Program-made: the position numbers and the translations under genes
From: an uncultured Ruminococcus sp.
GTDB taxonomy: Bacteria; Bacillota; Clostridia; Oscillospirales; CAG-272
Assembly: GCA_902785485.1 (NCBI GenBank)
Contig: CACZZA010000004.1
Location: 1-62,322 of the forward strand
Direction of reading: 5' to 3'
DNA: 62,322 nt
Notes under the pieces: generated by a model
What the model was told of the DNA's origin: nothing
The model's input: only the letters and a program-made list of their open reading frames with translations
Database searches by the model: none
Shown: positions 19,791 through 28,731 of the stretch, in pieces
How positions within the stretch are numbered: the first letter of the stretch is position 1
How the letters are laid out: the number at the start of each line of letters is the position of its first letter

Positions 19791-20861
19791 TCATCTCTTT
19801 TCCTTCATAACTTCCCGCGTAGAGGCGAGGAGTTTTTTTACGCTTGCGGTGAGGGTCTTGCGGGTCTGGGGAGGGAGCTTTGCCGCGGCTTTGAGAATGG
19901 CGGAATAGGACTCGCGTTTACGGGAATTCAGTTCGCGGATGGTGGAGGCTCCGGAGGCTTCGATGGAGTCGAAAACGGCGCTGCACAAAACCCGAAGTTC
20001 ATCGTCCGACATTTCGGAGAGCCACTTTTCGAGCGTCTCGTCGAGAAAAACGCTCCCTTCGGCGCGATCCGCCTCGACGAAAGAATTACCGATCACTTCC
20101 CAGGTCAGCGGAAAGTGCTGATGAAATCCGGTCGCTGACGAGCGGACTATCTTCTTTTCTTTTTTGGACGACATTATGATCCCGACGACCGAGCTTTCGG
20201 GAATGATGAGCCTGACGCGGTCGATCACGGAGAGATATTCTTGCGTTTCGGTGACTCCTTTTCTGAATCCCGGCCCGTCGTTTGAATAGATCTCGCGTAT
20301 TCGCGTTTTCGTATCTTCAGAGCAGAACGCCGCGCCGTAGACTGCGAGGTTGCCGCCTTTTGAATGACCGCCGACGATGAGCTTTGCTTTCGTTTTTCCG
20401 GCGACGTCGTCAAGATATTCCGCCGCTTCTTTTTGTCCCTCGGTCGAGTCGGGGAGCGCAAGCTCAAAGTCTTCTTTCCAGCCGACTATCGTGTTGTCCG
20501 TTCCCCGGAACGCGGCGTACGCGAGGTCTTTTTTTATGTTGAACAGGGTCGCGCTGAACTGCACGCCGCGTTTCCCGTCGGTGTCGCTGACGTGGTCGGA
20601 TACGCGGACGTTGCCGAAACGGTTCGACGCCGCGCATTTTTCAAGCAGAGGGTATGGGTCGTTGTTGCGCGAGACGCTTTTGAGTCCCTTTTCGGAGTAG
20701 ACGCGGCAGACGTCGCGCATGGCGAGGGAGCTTCCTTCCGGGATGACCCGGCTAAGGTCGAGATATGCGAGGGTCGAAAAGATGAGGTTGTCGACCTCGT
20801 TGAAGGGCGAGGCGGAAAACGAAAGATCGCCGCGCCAGTCGACGTAATCAAGTATGTTCAT
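19791..20861 (-). CDS. DUF2974 (Mbeg1-like) alpha/beta-hydrolase family protein
   Basis: MNILDYVDWRGDLSF...FNEVDNLIFSTLAYLD N-terminus and a GGHSKGGNLA nucleophile elbow, both typical of DUF2974. Confidence 0.7.
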   Translation of the reverse strand: MNILDYVDWRGDLSFSASPFNEVDNLIFSTLAYLDLSRVIPEGSSLAMRDVCRVYSEKGLKSVSRNNDPYPLLEKCAASNRFGNVRVSDHVSDTDGKRGVQFSATLFNIKKDLAYAAFRGTDNTIVGWKEDFELALPDSTEGQKEAAEYLDDVAGKTKAKLIVGGHSKGGNLAVYGAAFCSEDTKTRIREIYSNDGPGFRKGVTETQEYLSVIDRVRLIIPESSVVGIIMSSKKEKKIVRSSATGFHQHFPLTWEVIGNSFVEADRAEGSVFLDETLEKWLSEMSDDELRVLCSAVFDSIEASGASTIRELNSRKRESYSAILKAAAKLPPQTRKTLTASVKKLLASTREVMKEKR

Positions 20862-20877
20862 ATCGTGTCTCCGTATT

Positions 20878-21372
20878 TTATTCGATAAGGTCTTTGCTGT
20901 ACAGCTCGAAGAGCGCTTTCAGCTCCGCGATGAACGCGCCGTCGCAGGTAAGGAGCAGGATTCCGCTCTCGTAGCCGTTGTCGAATTCTATTCTCAGCGT
21001 TTCGCGTGTGAAAAGGGCGCCGCGGTAGTCGTACCGCCGGACTTTTCCGCGCTTGCTTTTTACGTCGGTCACAAGGGAGGTTATCTCGTTTACCCCGATC
21101 AGACAGACCCTTTTCGACGTTCTGCCGCTGATCCTGTCGACGGAGAGGTCGTCGCCGTCGACGGTGTAGACGTAATAAACGGGGTATGTTCCGCCCAAAA
21201 GGAGCGATATGAGGGCCGACAAGACCGCCGTCGCCAATACTGCTTTTGAACTTATCCCGTCGAGGACGAAGTAAAACGCGAGCAGGACGGCGGAAGAAAT
21301 AAGCGCCGCGGTTATAACGAGCAGGTCTTTTCGCTTGTCCGCGACCGAGCGGGACGAAAACGCGCCGGTCAT
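20878..21372 (-). CDS. hypothetical membrane protein
   Basis: 164 aa. Two N-terminal hydrophobic helices. 4-nt overlap with the upstream gene. Coding-like codon bias. Confidence 0.6.
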   Translation of the reverse strand: MTGAFSSRSVADKRKDLLVITAALISSAVLLAFYFVLDGISSKAVLATAVLSALISLLLGGTYPVYYVYTVDGDDLSVDRISGRTSKRVCLIGVNEITSLVTDVKSKRGKVRRYDYRGALFTRETLRIEFDNGYESGILLLTCDGAFIAELKALFELYSKDLIE

Positions 21373-21911
21373 TCTTTCGCTCCGATCAGCGCGTGTGAGG
21401 TGAGGACGGAGTCGCCGCGTATCTCGATGATCCCGTAGGACGGATAGGAGGAGTCGCGCGGACGCGAGATGCTGCCCGGATTGAACAGGTACAGGCCTTT
21501 TCCGGTGTCCGCGGGCAGTTCCTCGGGCGGGATATAGCGGTCGAGTTTACAGTGTGTATGCCCGAAAAGCGCGAAGTCGCACCCCTTGCTCGCCGCCTGA
21601 TTTATTATGGGGGACAGCGGATCCCCGAGCGAGTACGACGAGAGATGGCGGTGTCCGTGGCAGAGGTAGAACTTCTTTCCCGCGAACTGAACTATCTCGT
21701 AGCGGCTCTTTTCCGCGTCAGGCGTGAAGAAGTCCTCGAAATTGCCGTTGACGGTGAATACAGCCTTGTTCGCGGTCAACTCGGGAAGGGATCGGATGTC
21801 GGCGACGCCGTCCCCGAGGTGAAAGATCACTTCGGCGTCCGGGTGGTCGGAGAGCGCTTTGATAAGGTTTCTCGTCGACGAGTGACTGTCTGAAAAGACA
21901 AGGAGCTTCAT
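21369..21911 (-). CDS. YfcE/MJ0936-family metallophosphoesterase
   Basis: MKLLVFSDSHS...HLGDG...GNFE...CHGH...GHTH motifs. Confidence 0.85.
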   Translation of the reverse strand: MKLLVFSDSHSSTRNLIKALSDHPDAEVIFHLGDGVADIRSLPELTANKAVFTVNGNFEDFFTPDAEKSRYEIVQFAGKKFYLCHGHRHLSSYSLGDPLSPIINQAASKGCDFALFGHTHCKLDRYIPPEELPADTGKGLYLFNPGSISRPRDSSYPSYGIIEIRGDSVLTSHALIGAKE

Positions 21912-21992
21912 AGGTTTTTCCTTTCTTGCGGTGGAATGAAGCGAAAGATATGCATATACTGCGTATAGATAAAGCTATCGGGAGGTAGAGAA

Positions 21993-22235
21993 ATGGAAAT
22001 AGACAAGGGCAAAATACTCGAAAAGCTGAACGCGATGTCCGACGACGAGCTTCGCAATATAATAAAGACGATCGCGACGTCGGCGGGAGTAAGCGAAAGA
22101 AAGGCGGACGCGGTGCTGAAGGACGTCACCCGTCTGCGCCGCGGATTTGATAAAATGAGCGAAAAACAGATCTCTCACGCGCTCGACAAACTCGATCCCG
22201 GCACGGTCGAAAAGATCCGTTCCGCGCTCGATTAG
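21993..22235 (+). CDS. hypothetical small protein (80 aa)
   Basis: ORF with a GGGAGG-type RBS. Charged and helical. No family recognised. Confidence 0.5.
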   Translation: MEIDKGKILEKLNAMSDDELRNIIKTIATSAGVSERKADAVLKDVTRLRRGFDKMSEKQISHALDKLDPGTVEKIRSALD

Positions 22236-22246
22236 AGGGAAAAACG

Positions 22247-22582
22247 ATGGAAAACGCCGATTTCAATACGATACTGAACAGTTTGGCGCAAAACCCGGAG
22301 ACCCTGCGAAAGCTGGTGTCCGCGGTGAGCGATACGCCGTCCGCTCCCGCGTTTTCCACTCAGAGCGCGTCGCAGGAGCTTCGGACGGAGTCCGACAGTC
22401 TTGATAAACCCGCTTTGCCGGGGCAGAACCGCGATATTGAAAACCTGATAAGACTGCTTTCGGCGCTCAAACCCTATCTTGACGCCGATAAGAGGGGCAA
22501 GATAGACGGCGCGATACGGATACTGCGGATAGTCAGTCTCGCGTCGGGCGCGGGTCTTATGGGAAACGAAAGGAGGGGTTGA
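22247..22582 (+). CDS. hypothetical protein (111 aa)
   Basis: ORF 11 nt after the previous stop. No family recognised. Confidence 0.5.
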   Translation: MENADFNTILNSLAQNPETLRKLVSAVSDTPSAPAFSTQSASQELRTESDSLDKPALPGQNRDIENLIRLLSALKPYLDADKRGKIDGAIRILRIVSLASGAGLMGNERRG

Positions 22583-22802
22583 TCTGTACAGCAGAAATCT
22601 TTACGGCAGGGGGAGCGCGGATCGCTCCGTCATACCGCCGCCCAACTACGGAGGGACCGCCTGGACGGAAAAAGAGGATACCGAGCCGCCGCGCGCCGAA
22701 AAAGACGCCGCCGCGACTGAAAATAAACGCGGGGAACGCGCGGAAGTTCGCGCGGACTCGCGCGACGCGGCTTCTCTTACTACGGACTCGCGCGACGCTG
22801 GT

Positions 22803-23072
22803 ATGCTTACAACGGACGCCGCCCGTCCCGTGATGGGAGAAATGGCGGAAAACGACGGTTTTACGCGTGTCTTCGGCTCCGGAGACGGAGAGTCCGTCCG
22901 GCGCGGAAAGCGGCCGGAAGACGAAAACACGGGAGTAAAGGGGATAGCCGAGGGGTTGGGCAAACGGAAGTTCGACGCGGAGGATCTGATCCTCGTGTCC
23001 CTGCTGATGGCTTTGCTCGGCGAAGACGGGGACGGGATGACTCCGCTGCTTCTGGCTCTGCTCCTCGCGTAA
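22803..23072 (+). CDS. hypothetical protein with hydrophobic C-terminus; true start probably upstream (frame open from 22533)
   Basis: Minimal ATG ORF. The same frame upstream reads DLYSRNLYGRGSADRSVIPPPNYGGTAW..., which is coding-like. GGAGG at 22572-22576 is followed by CTG at 22584. There is no ATG/GTG/TTG in that stretch. Confidence 0.4.
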   Translation: MLTTDAARPVMGEMAENDGFTRVFGSGDGESVRRGKRPEDENTGVKGIAEGLGKRKFDAEDLILVSLLMALLGEDGDGMTPLLLALLLA

Positions 23073-23578
23073 AGCTTTCGTTTTGCCGCCTGCCTGCCAC
23101 TTTGATTTTACCACAAACGCGGTAAAAATACAATAGCGTATTGCGCGCCGGCGCGCCGAAACAAAATGTTACATACGAAAGAAAATCACATAAATCACTA
23201 AATGTTTACAAAAATATAATAAAAAATTCATAAAAACCGCGCCGAAAACAGATTTTGTGCATTTTGTACAGGTGTAGAAAAAACGGGGCGGTTTTTGTGT
23301 GTTTACCACAAAAATTGTTATATTTTTTTAACGATTTTCACAAAAGAGCGCTTTGTTTGAAAAACGCGGAAATTATCATTTTGAGACGAAAACCCGTCTT
23401 TTTTAAGCAAAATCAGCGCGATCTTGCCGCAAAAAAGCCGAAAAAAACGCAAAAAAAACCGCAAGTTTCTTTTTTCGGTCAGCCTGAGGCGTTTTTCCGG
23501 CTTGTGAAATTGTAAATTTTATCTTCATATCAGGCGCCGCGCGCCGCTTTGCGCCCGTTTTGATCCGGTCAAAATTTC

Positions 23579-23607
23579 TTGACTTTTTTAAGGTCATATT
23601 GTATAAT
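23579..23607 (+). promoter_or_regulatory. sigma-70-type promoter of the ABC locus
   Basis: TTGACT, 17 nt spacer, TATAAT. Confidence 0.6.
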
Positions 23608-23723
23608 ATTAAAGCACTTATTCTGTGGCTAATTATGTAAATACTCGAAAATGCGGCGTCCCGCCGCGAGTCTGTCAGGGCGTATCCGACGTCCGGCGGA
23701 TCCGTGCCGGGTCTGACGCTCCG

Positions 23724-23750
23724 GACCGTGAAAAACGGTCTCGTGTTTTT
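23724..23750 (+). terminator. terminator-like hairpin inside the roughly 200-nt leader of the ABC locus (possible attenuator)
   Basis: GACCGTG-AAAAA-CGGTC followed by TCGTGTTTTT, 59 nt before the ATG at 23809. Confidence 0.45.
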
Positions 23751-23808
23751 CCGTACCGCCCGGATCGAGTGGTGTTAAGTTTTCCAATTTCACAAGGGAG
23801 GAAAGACC

Positions 23809-26796
23809 ATGAGAAAAGACCTTTTCAGAAGACTTCTCAGCGGACTTCTCGCTTTTGTCATGATCTTCGGCACGTTCTCCGTCACCGTATTCGCGGATGA
23901 CGGCGATACCGCGTCTCAGACGACGGGAGTCAAAGAAGTGTCGAAGCTCGACGAGATCAAGGAGCTTCTGAATACCGCTTCTTACGCGGACTACCGAGCA
24001 GGCTTGTCCGATAAGAAGAACGCGCCCGGTGAGTTCACCGTCAATATGGCGGACGCGTACGCGCCGGACGATCCCGATTCCACAGCGAAGGGAGTCGAGA
24101 TAAAGACGAATTACGAGGGAAGGGACGGTAAGTCGGTATATCTTCCCGAGGAAGGCCGCGTCGCTTTCAAGATCAACGTTCCCGCCGACGGATTTTACGC
24201 TCTCGAGATAGAGTATTATTCCGAGAAGGCGAAGGCGACTTCGATAGAGCGTATGCTGTATCTCGACGGCGCGATCCCGTTCTCCGAGGCAAGATACGTC
24301 AAAATGACGAAGACCTGGATCGACAACGTTCAGGAGGACGGCACCTTCAAGGTCGACATCACCGGCAATGAGATCCGTCCTACAAAGTCGCAGCAGCCCG
24401 TATGGAACACCTATACGGTCTACGATTCGTCCGGACTCGTGCTTGAACCTCTGCAGTTCTACCTTACCAAGGGCGAACACGTCATCGCGCTCGACGCGGT
24501 GAGAGAGCCGTTCACGCTCGGTTCTTTCAGATTTTTCCCGTACGAGGCGCCTAAGAGCTACGAGGATCAGCTCGCCGAGTGGAGGAACAACGGATACAGG
24601 AACATCGAAGGTGACGTCAGGCTCTATACCGCCGCCGAAAAACCGGTAGCGACCTCCGACCAGACGATATATCCTCTCAACGACAGATCATCCCCGATCT
24701 CCGAACCGCAGGACGCGAATCTCGTAAAACTTAACACTATCGGAAGCGATAAATGGGAAAACGCGGGACAGTGGATAAAATACGAAGTCCAAGCCGAAAA
24801 GGCGGGACTCTACGAGCTGGTGTTGCGCTATAAGCAGGACACGCTCGAGGGTATGTATTCCACGCGCCGTATATATATAAATGGAAAGGTTCCTTTTGAA
24901 GAGGCGGACCACGTAGAGTTCACCTACTCCGACAAATGGAACGTTTCGGCTATCGGCACCAAAGTAGGAAGCGAGGACAACAAGCCCTACCTGTTCTACC
25001 TCAACGAAGGAAAGAACGAGGTGACGTTCGAGGTCGCGCTCGGAACGATGAGCGAGGTCCTGACGAGAGTCAACGAGTGCCTGACCAAGATGAACAATTC
25101 CTACCTTAAAATACTGATGATAACGGGATCCACTCCCGACTCTTACAGAGACTATCAGTTCGACCGTCTGATCCCGCAGGAGATAAGAGACCTCAAGACG
25201 GCGGCGTCCGAACTGACGGCGGTCTCCGATCTGCTCACCCGCATCACGGGCAACAAGGGCGCGCACGTCGCAACCCTCGACAAGGTGGTCGTCCTTCTCG
25301 AAAGGATGACGAGCAGCGAGGACGAGATCGCAAAGAACCTCACGAACCTCAAGAGCTACATAGGCACGCTCGGTACGTGGGTGCTTGAATCGAGAGCGCA
25401 GCCGCTCGAACTCGACTACTTCACGTTCCAGGCGCAGGGACTCGAGCTTCCCGAAGCCGACGCGGGATTTTTCAAATCCTTCGCGTTCGAGTTCCGTTCG
25501 TTCTTACTCAGCTTCTTCACCGACTACTCGACGCTCGGCGCGACGAGAGAACTCGACACGGACAAGACCGTTTCGATCTGGACCTCGACCGGACGTGAGA
25601 AGTCGAACATACTCCGTCAGCTCATAGATACCGAGTTCATGCCGACCAGTGATTTCGCGGTCGAGCTCAAGCTCGTATCCGGCGGCGTGCTCCAGTCGAC
25701 GCTCGCGGGCATAGGCCCCGACATCTCGTCGCTGGCAAGCCAGGACTGCATGAACTACGCCATCCGTGACGCGGTCCTTCCGATAACCGATATGGAAGGC
25801 TTCGACGAAGTCATCAAGCGCTTCCCGTCGTCCGCGCTGACTCCTCTGACGCTCGAGATCAACGGCAAGGAAGAGACGTTCGCTCTGCCGAACACGATGA
25901 CCTTCCTGATGATGTTCTACCGTATGGACATCCTCTCCCAGCTCGGAGTTGAAGTGCCGAAGACCTGGGACGAACTCAAGCGCATAATCCCGACCTTGCA
26001 GAACAACAATATGACGCTGGGCTTCCCGTCCAAGCTGAACGGACTCAAGCTGTTCCTCTACCAGATGGGCGGCGAGATGTACGCCGAGAACGGCAAGCGC
26101 AGCAACCTCAGCTCCAACGTGGCGCTGTCGGCGTTCACCGAGCTTACGGACCTCTTCCAGTCCTACCGTTTCCCGCTGACCTACGACGCGGCGAACCGCT
26201 TCAGGACCGGCGAGATGCCGATAATCATTGCGGATTACATTTCGCTTTACAACCAGCTCACCGTTTTCGCTCCCGAGATCGAGGGAATGTGGGAATTCTC
26301 CCCGCTGCCCGGCTTTGAGGACTCGAACGGAAACATCAACAACTGCGCGGTCGTCACCGTGACCGGACTTGCTCTGCTGCGCGGGGCGATGGACAACAAG
26401 GACGACGCGTGGACCTTCCTTAAATGGTACACCTCCGGCGAGACCCAGTCGAGCTACTCCAACGAGCTCGTTGCGATCGTCGGTCAGTCCTCCAAGAACG
26501 CCACCGCGAACAGAGACGCTCTGATGCAGCTCCCGTGGACGGCGCGCGAGCTCGGGAACCTCACTTCTCAGTTTGAAAAGACCGTTGGCATCACCGAATA
26601 TCCCGGCGGATACATCATCGCCCGTTATGTTGACTTCGCGTTTATGAACGTGTACAAGAACAACGCGTCGCCTGTCGAATCGCTGCTCGATTACGTGACG
26701 GAGATAAACAAAGAGATCACCCGTAAACGCAAAGAATTCGGCTTTGACTACATCGAGATCTCGTATTCCGAACAGTTTATCGAGGAAGTCGACTGA
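23809..26796 (+). CDS. giant extracellular solute-binding protein (995 aa) with N-terminal duplicated CBM-like modules
   Basis: Signal peptide. Two internally similar segments (...GFYALEIEYYSE...RMLYLDGAIPFSEARYV... and ...GLYELVLRYKQD...RRIYINGKVPFEEADHV...). The C-terminal half resembles family-1 SBPs. Confidence 0.75.
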   Translation: MRKDLFRRLLSGLLAFVMIFGTFSVTVFADDGDTASQTTGVKEVSKLDEIKELLNTASYADYRAGLSDKKNAPGEFTVNMADAYAPDDPDSTAKGVEIKTNYEGRDGKSVYLPEEGRVAFKINVPADGFYALEIEYYSEKAKATSIERMLYLDGAIPFSEARYVKMTKTWIDNVQEDGTFKVDITGNEIRPTKSQQPVWNTYTVYDSSGLVLEPLQFYLTKGEHVIALDAVREPFTLGSFRFFPYEAPKSYEDQLAEWRNNGYRNIEGDVRLYTAAEKPVATSDQTIYPLNDRSSPISEPQDANLVKLNTIGSDKWENAGQWIKYEVQAEKAGLYELVLRYKQDTLEGMYSTRRIYINGKVPFEEADHVEFTYSDKWNVSAIGTKVGSEDNKPYLFYLNEGKNEVTFEVALGTMSEVLTRVNECLTKMNNSYLKILMITGSTPDSYRDYQFDRLIPQEIRDLKTAASELTAVSDLLTRITGNKGAHVATLDKVVVLLERMTSSEDEIAKNLTNLKSYIGTLGTWVLESRAQPLELDYFTFQAQGLELPEADAGFFKSFAFEFRSFLLSFFTDYSTLGATRELDTDKTVSIWTSTGREKSNILRQLIDTEFMPTSDFAVELKLVSGGVLQSTLAGIGPDISSLASQDCMNYAIRDAVLPITDMEGFDEVIKRFPSSALTPLTLEINGKEETFALPNTMTFLMMFYRMDILSQLGVEVPKTWDELKRIIPTLQNNNMTLGFPSKLNGLKLFLYQMGGEMYAENGKRSNLSSNVALSAFTELTDLFQSYRFPLTYDAANRFRTGEMPIIIADYISLYNQLTVFAPEIEGMWEFSPLPGFEDSNGNINNCAVVTVTGLALLRGAMDNKDDAWTFLKWYTSGETQSSYSNELVAIVGQSSKNATANRDALMQLPWTARELGNLTSQFEKTVGITEYPGGYIIARYVDFAFMNVYKNNASPVESLLDYVTEINKEITRKRKEFGFDYIEISYSEQFIEEVD

Positions 26797-26816
26797 TCCG
26801 TCGCTCCCGACGGATC
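26795..26816 (+). promoter_or_regulatory. intra-operon stem-loop straddling the SBP stop codon (no U-tract)
   Basis: GATCCGTCG-CTCC-CGACGGATC, a 9-bp perfect stem whose first two bases are the last two bases of the TGA stop at 26794-26796. Its position is typical of mRNA-stabilising hairpins after binding-protein genes. Confidence 0.4.
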
Positions 26817-26887
26817 CCGACCGTTCAACAAGCGCTGCTCACAAAACGCAGATGCTCAACACATTCTGAAAAAGGAGTTGATAACAA

Positions 26888-27844
26888 ATGTCCGCAAATT
26901 CGGCTGCTGCTAAACCGAAAAAAGCCGTATCCCGACATGAAATGTCGAAATTCAAGTGGACTTTGAAGGAGATAAAGCGCAATCGCGCGGCGTACGCGAT
27001 GATCGCGCCCTTCGTGCTGATCTTCTTTATATTTACAGTCTTACCCGTTATCGTCTCGATCGTATTGAGCTTTACCGACTTCAATATGCTCCAGACGCCT
27101 CACATAGTCGGAGTCGACAACTACATTACCCTGTTCCTCGACGACGACGTGTTCCTTATCGCGGTCAAAAACACGTTCATCTTCGCGGCGATCGTCGGAC
27201 CCGCTTCCTACCTTATATCTTTTATAAGCGCGTGGTTCATCAACGAGCTGCCGCCTAAGATCAGAGCGCTCGTAACGCTGATCTTCTACTCGCCCTCCAT
27301 TTCGGGCGGCGCGTACCTTATGTGGAAGATAGTCTTCTCGGGCGACTCCTACGGCTACGCCAACGCGATACTGATCGACCTCGGGATAATCTCGATGCCG
27401 ATCCAGTGGTTCGAGAACGCCGACTACGTCATGCCTCTGTGTATCGTGGTCGCCCTCTGGACCTCGCTCGGCACCGCGTTCCTGTCCTTCATCGCAGGCT
27501 TCCAGGGCGTTGACCACAGCCTGTACGAAGCGGGCGCCGTCGACGGCATCAAGAACCGCTGGCAGGAGCTTTGGTACGTCACTCTGCCGACGATGCGTCC
27601 TCAGCTGATGTTCGGCGCTATCATGTCGATAACCCAGTCCTTCGGTTTCGGCGCGGTCGTTACCGCGCTCGCGGGATTTCCGTCCGTCGACTACGCGGCG
27701 CATACGATAATGCACCACCTGGACGACTACGGCTCGACGCGCTGGGAGGTCGGTTACGCCTCAGCCATCGCGACGGTGCTGTTCGTCATAATGTACGGAG
27801 CGAACGCGCTGGTCAAGAAGTTCCTCTCGAAGGTAGGTAGTTGA
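26888..27844 (+). CDS. ABC transporter permease (MalF/CUT1 type)
   Basis: Six-TM profile. EAGAVDGIKNRWQELWYVTLP EAA-loop motif. Confidence 0.9.
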   Translation: MSANSAAAKPKKAVSRHEMSKFKWTLKEIKRNRAAYAMIAPFVLIFFIFTVLPVIVSIVLSFTDFNMLQTPHIVGVDNYITLFLDDDVFLIAVKNTFIFAAIVGPASYLISFISAWFINELPPKIRALVTLIFYSPSISGGAYLMWKIVFSGDSYGYANAILIDLGIISMPIQWFENADYVMPLCIVVALWTSLGTAFLSFIAGFQGVDHSLYEAGAVDGIKNRWQELWYVTLPTMRPQLMFGAIMSITQSFGFGAVVTALAGFPSVDYAAHTIMHHLDDYGSTRWEVGYASAIATVLFVIMYGANALVKKFLSKVGS

Positions 27845-27845
27845 T

Positions 27846-28721
27846 ATGGCAAGAAAGTTAAGAACAAGAAAGCATCGCGTCGTTCTCAACCGCTCGCGCG
27901 GAGGAGACGTCGGGATAGCGATATTCCTTATCCTCATGGGAGCGTTCCTGTTCCTGCCTATGCTTTACACTATCCTTCAGTCACTGAAGCCTCTTGACGA
28001 GCTATGGATGTTCCCGCCCCGGTTCTACGTTATCAGCCCCACGCTCAAAAACTTCAAAGACCTCTATATGCTGATGAGCGACTCGTGGGTCCCGTTCTCG
28101 AGATACATCTTCAACACGGTGTTCATCTCGGTCGCGGGCACCGTCGGAAACCTGCTCTTCTCGTCCATGTGCGCGTACGCTCTGGCGAAGATCAAGTTCC
28201 CCGGCTCGAAAGGCATATTCAAGCTCATAGTCGCGTCCCTTATGTTCCATACCACGGTCTCGGCTATCGCTAACTACATAACGCTTTCGACTCTGCGCTG
28301 GATCGACACTTATCTCGCGATAATCATTCCCGCGTGGGGGTCGACCCTCGGACTCTACCTGATGAAACAGTTCATGGAGAGCAGCGTCAACAACGCGGTC
28401 CTCGAATCCGCGAGAATAGACGGCGCGGGCGAGTGGAGAACGTTCTGGACGATAGCGATGCCCATGGTCAAGCCGGCGTGGCTGACCCTGATCGTTTACT
28501 CGTTCCAGCACCTGTGGAACGCAGGAACGTCGATCTACATCCAATCCGAACAGCTCAAGAGTTTCAACTACGCGGTCACACAGCTCGTCAACGACGGTAT
28601 CTCCCGTCAGGGAGCGTCCGCGGCATCGACGGTCATCATGATGATGGTCCCGATCCTCGTATTCGTGATCACGCAGAGCAACATCATCGAAACGATGGGC
28701 TCCTCCGGTATGAAAGACTGA
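27846..28721 (+). CDS. ABC transporter permease (MalG/CUT1 type)
   Basis: ESARIDGAGEWRTFWTIAMPMVKP EAA-loop motif. Starts 2 nt after the previous stop. Confidence 0.9.
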   Translation: MARKLRTRKHRVVLNRSRGGDVGIAIFLILMGAFLFLPMLYTILQSLKPLDELWMFPPRFYVISPTLKNFKDLYMLMSDSWVPFSRYIFNTVFISVAGTVGNLLFSSMCAYALAKIKFPGSKGIFKLIVASLMFHTTVSAIANYITLSTLRWIDTYLAIIIPAWGSTLGLYLMKQFMESSVNNAVLESARIDGAGEWRTFWTIAMPMVKPAWLTLIVYSFQHLWNAGTSIYIQSEQLKSFNYAVTQLVNDGISRQGASAASTVIMMMVPILVFVITQSNIIETMGSSGMKD

Positions 28722-28731
28722 GGAGGGCGGC

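Noticed and set aside
23255-23515. 86-aa ORF in the AT-rich region upstream of the ABC locus.
   Set aside because: It has no RBS. It is driven by poly-A/T tracts, its composition is unlike the genome's genes, and it overlaps promoter-like sequence.
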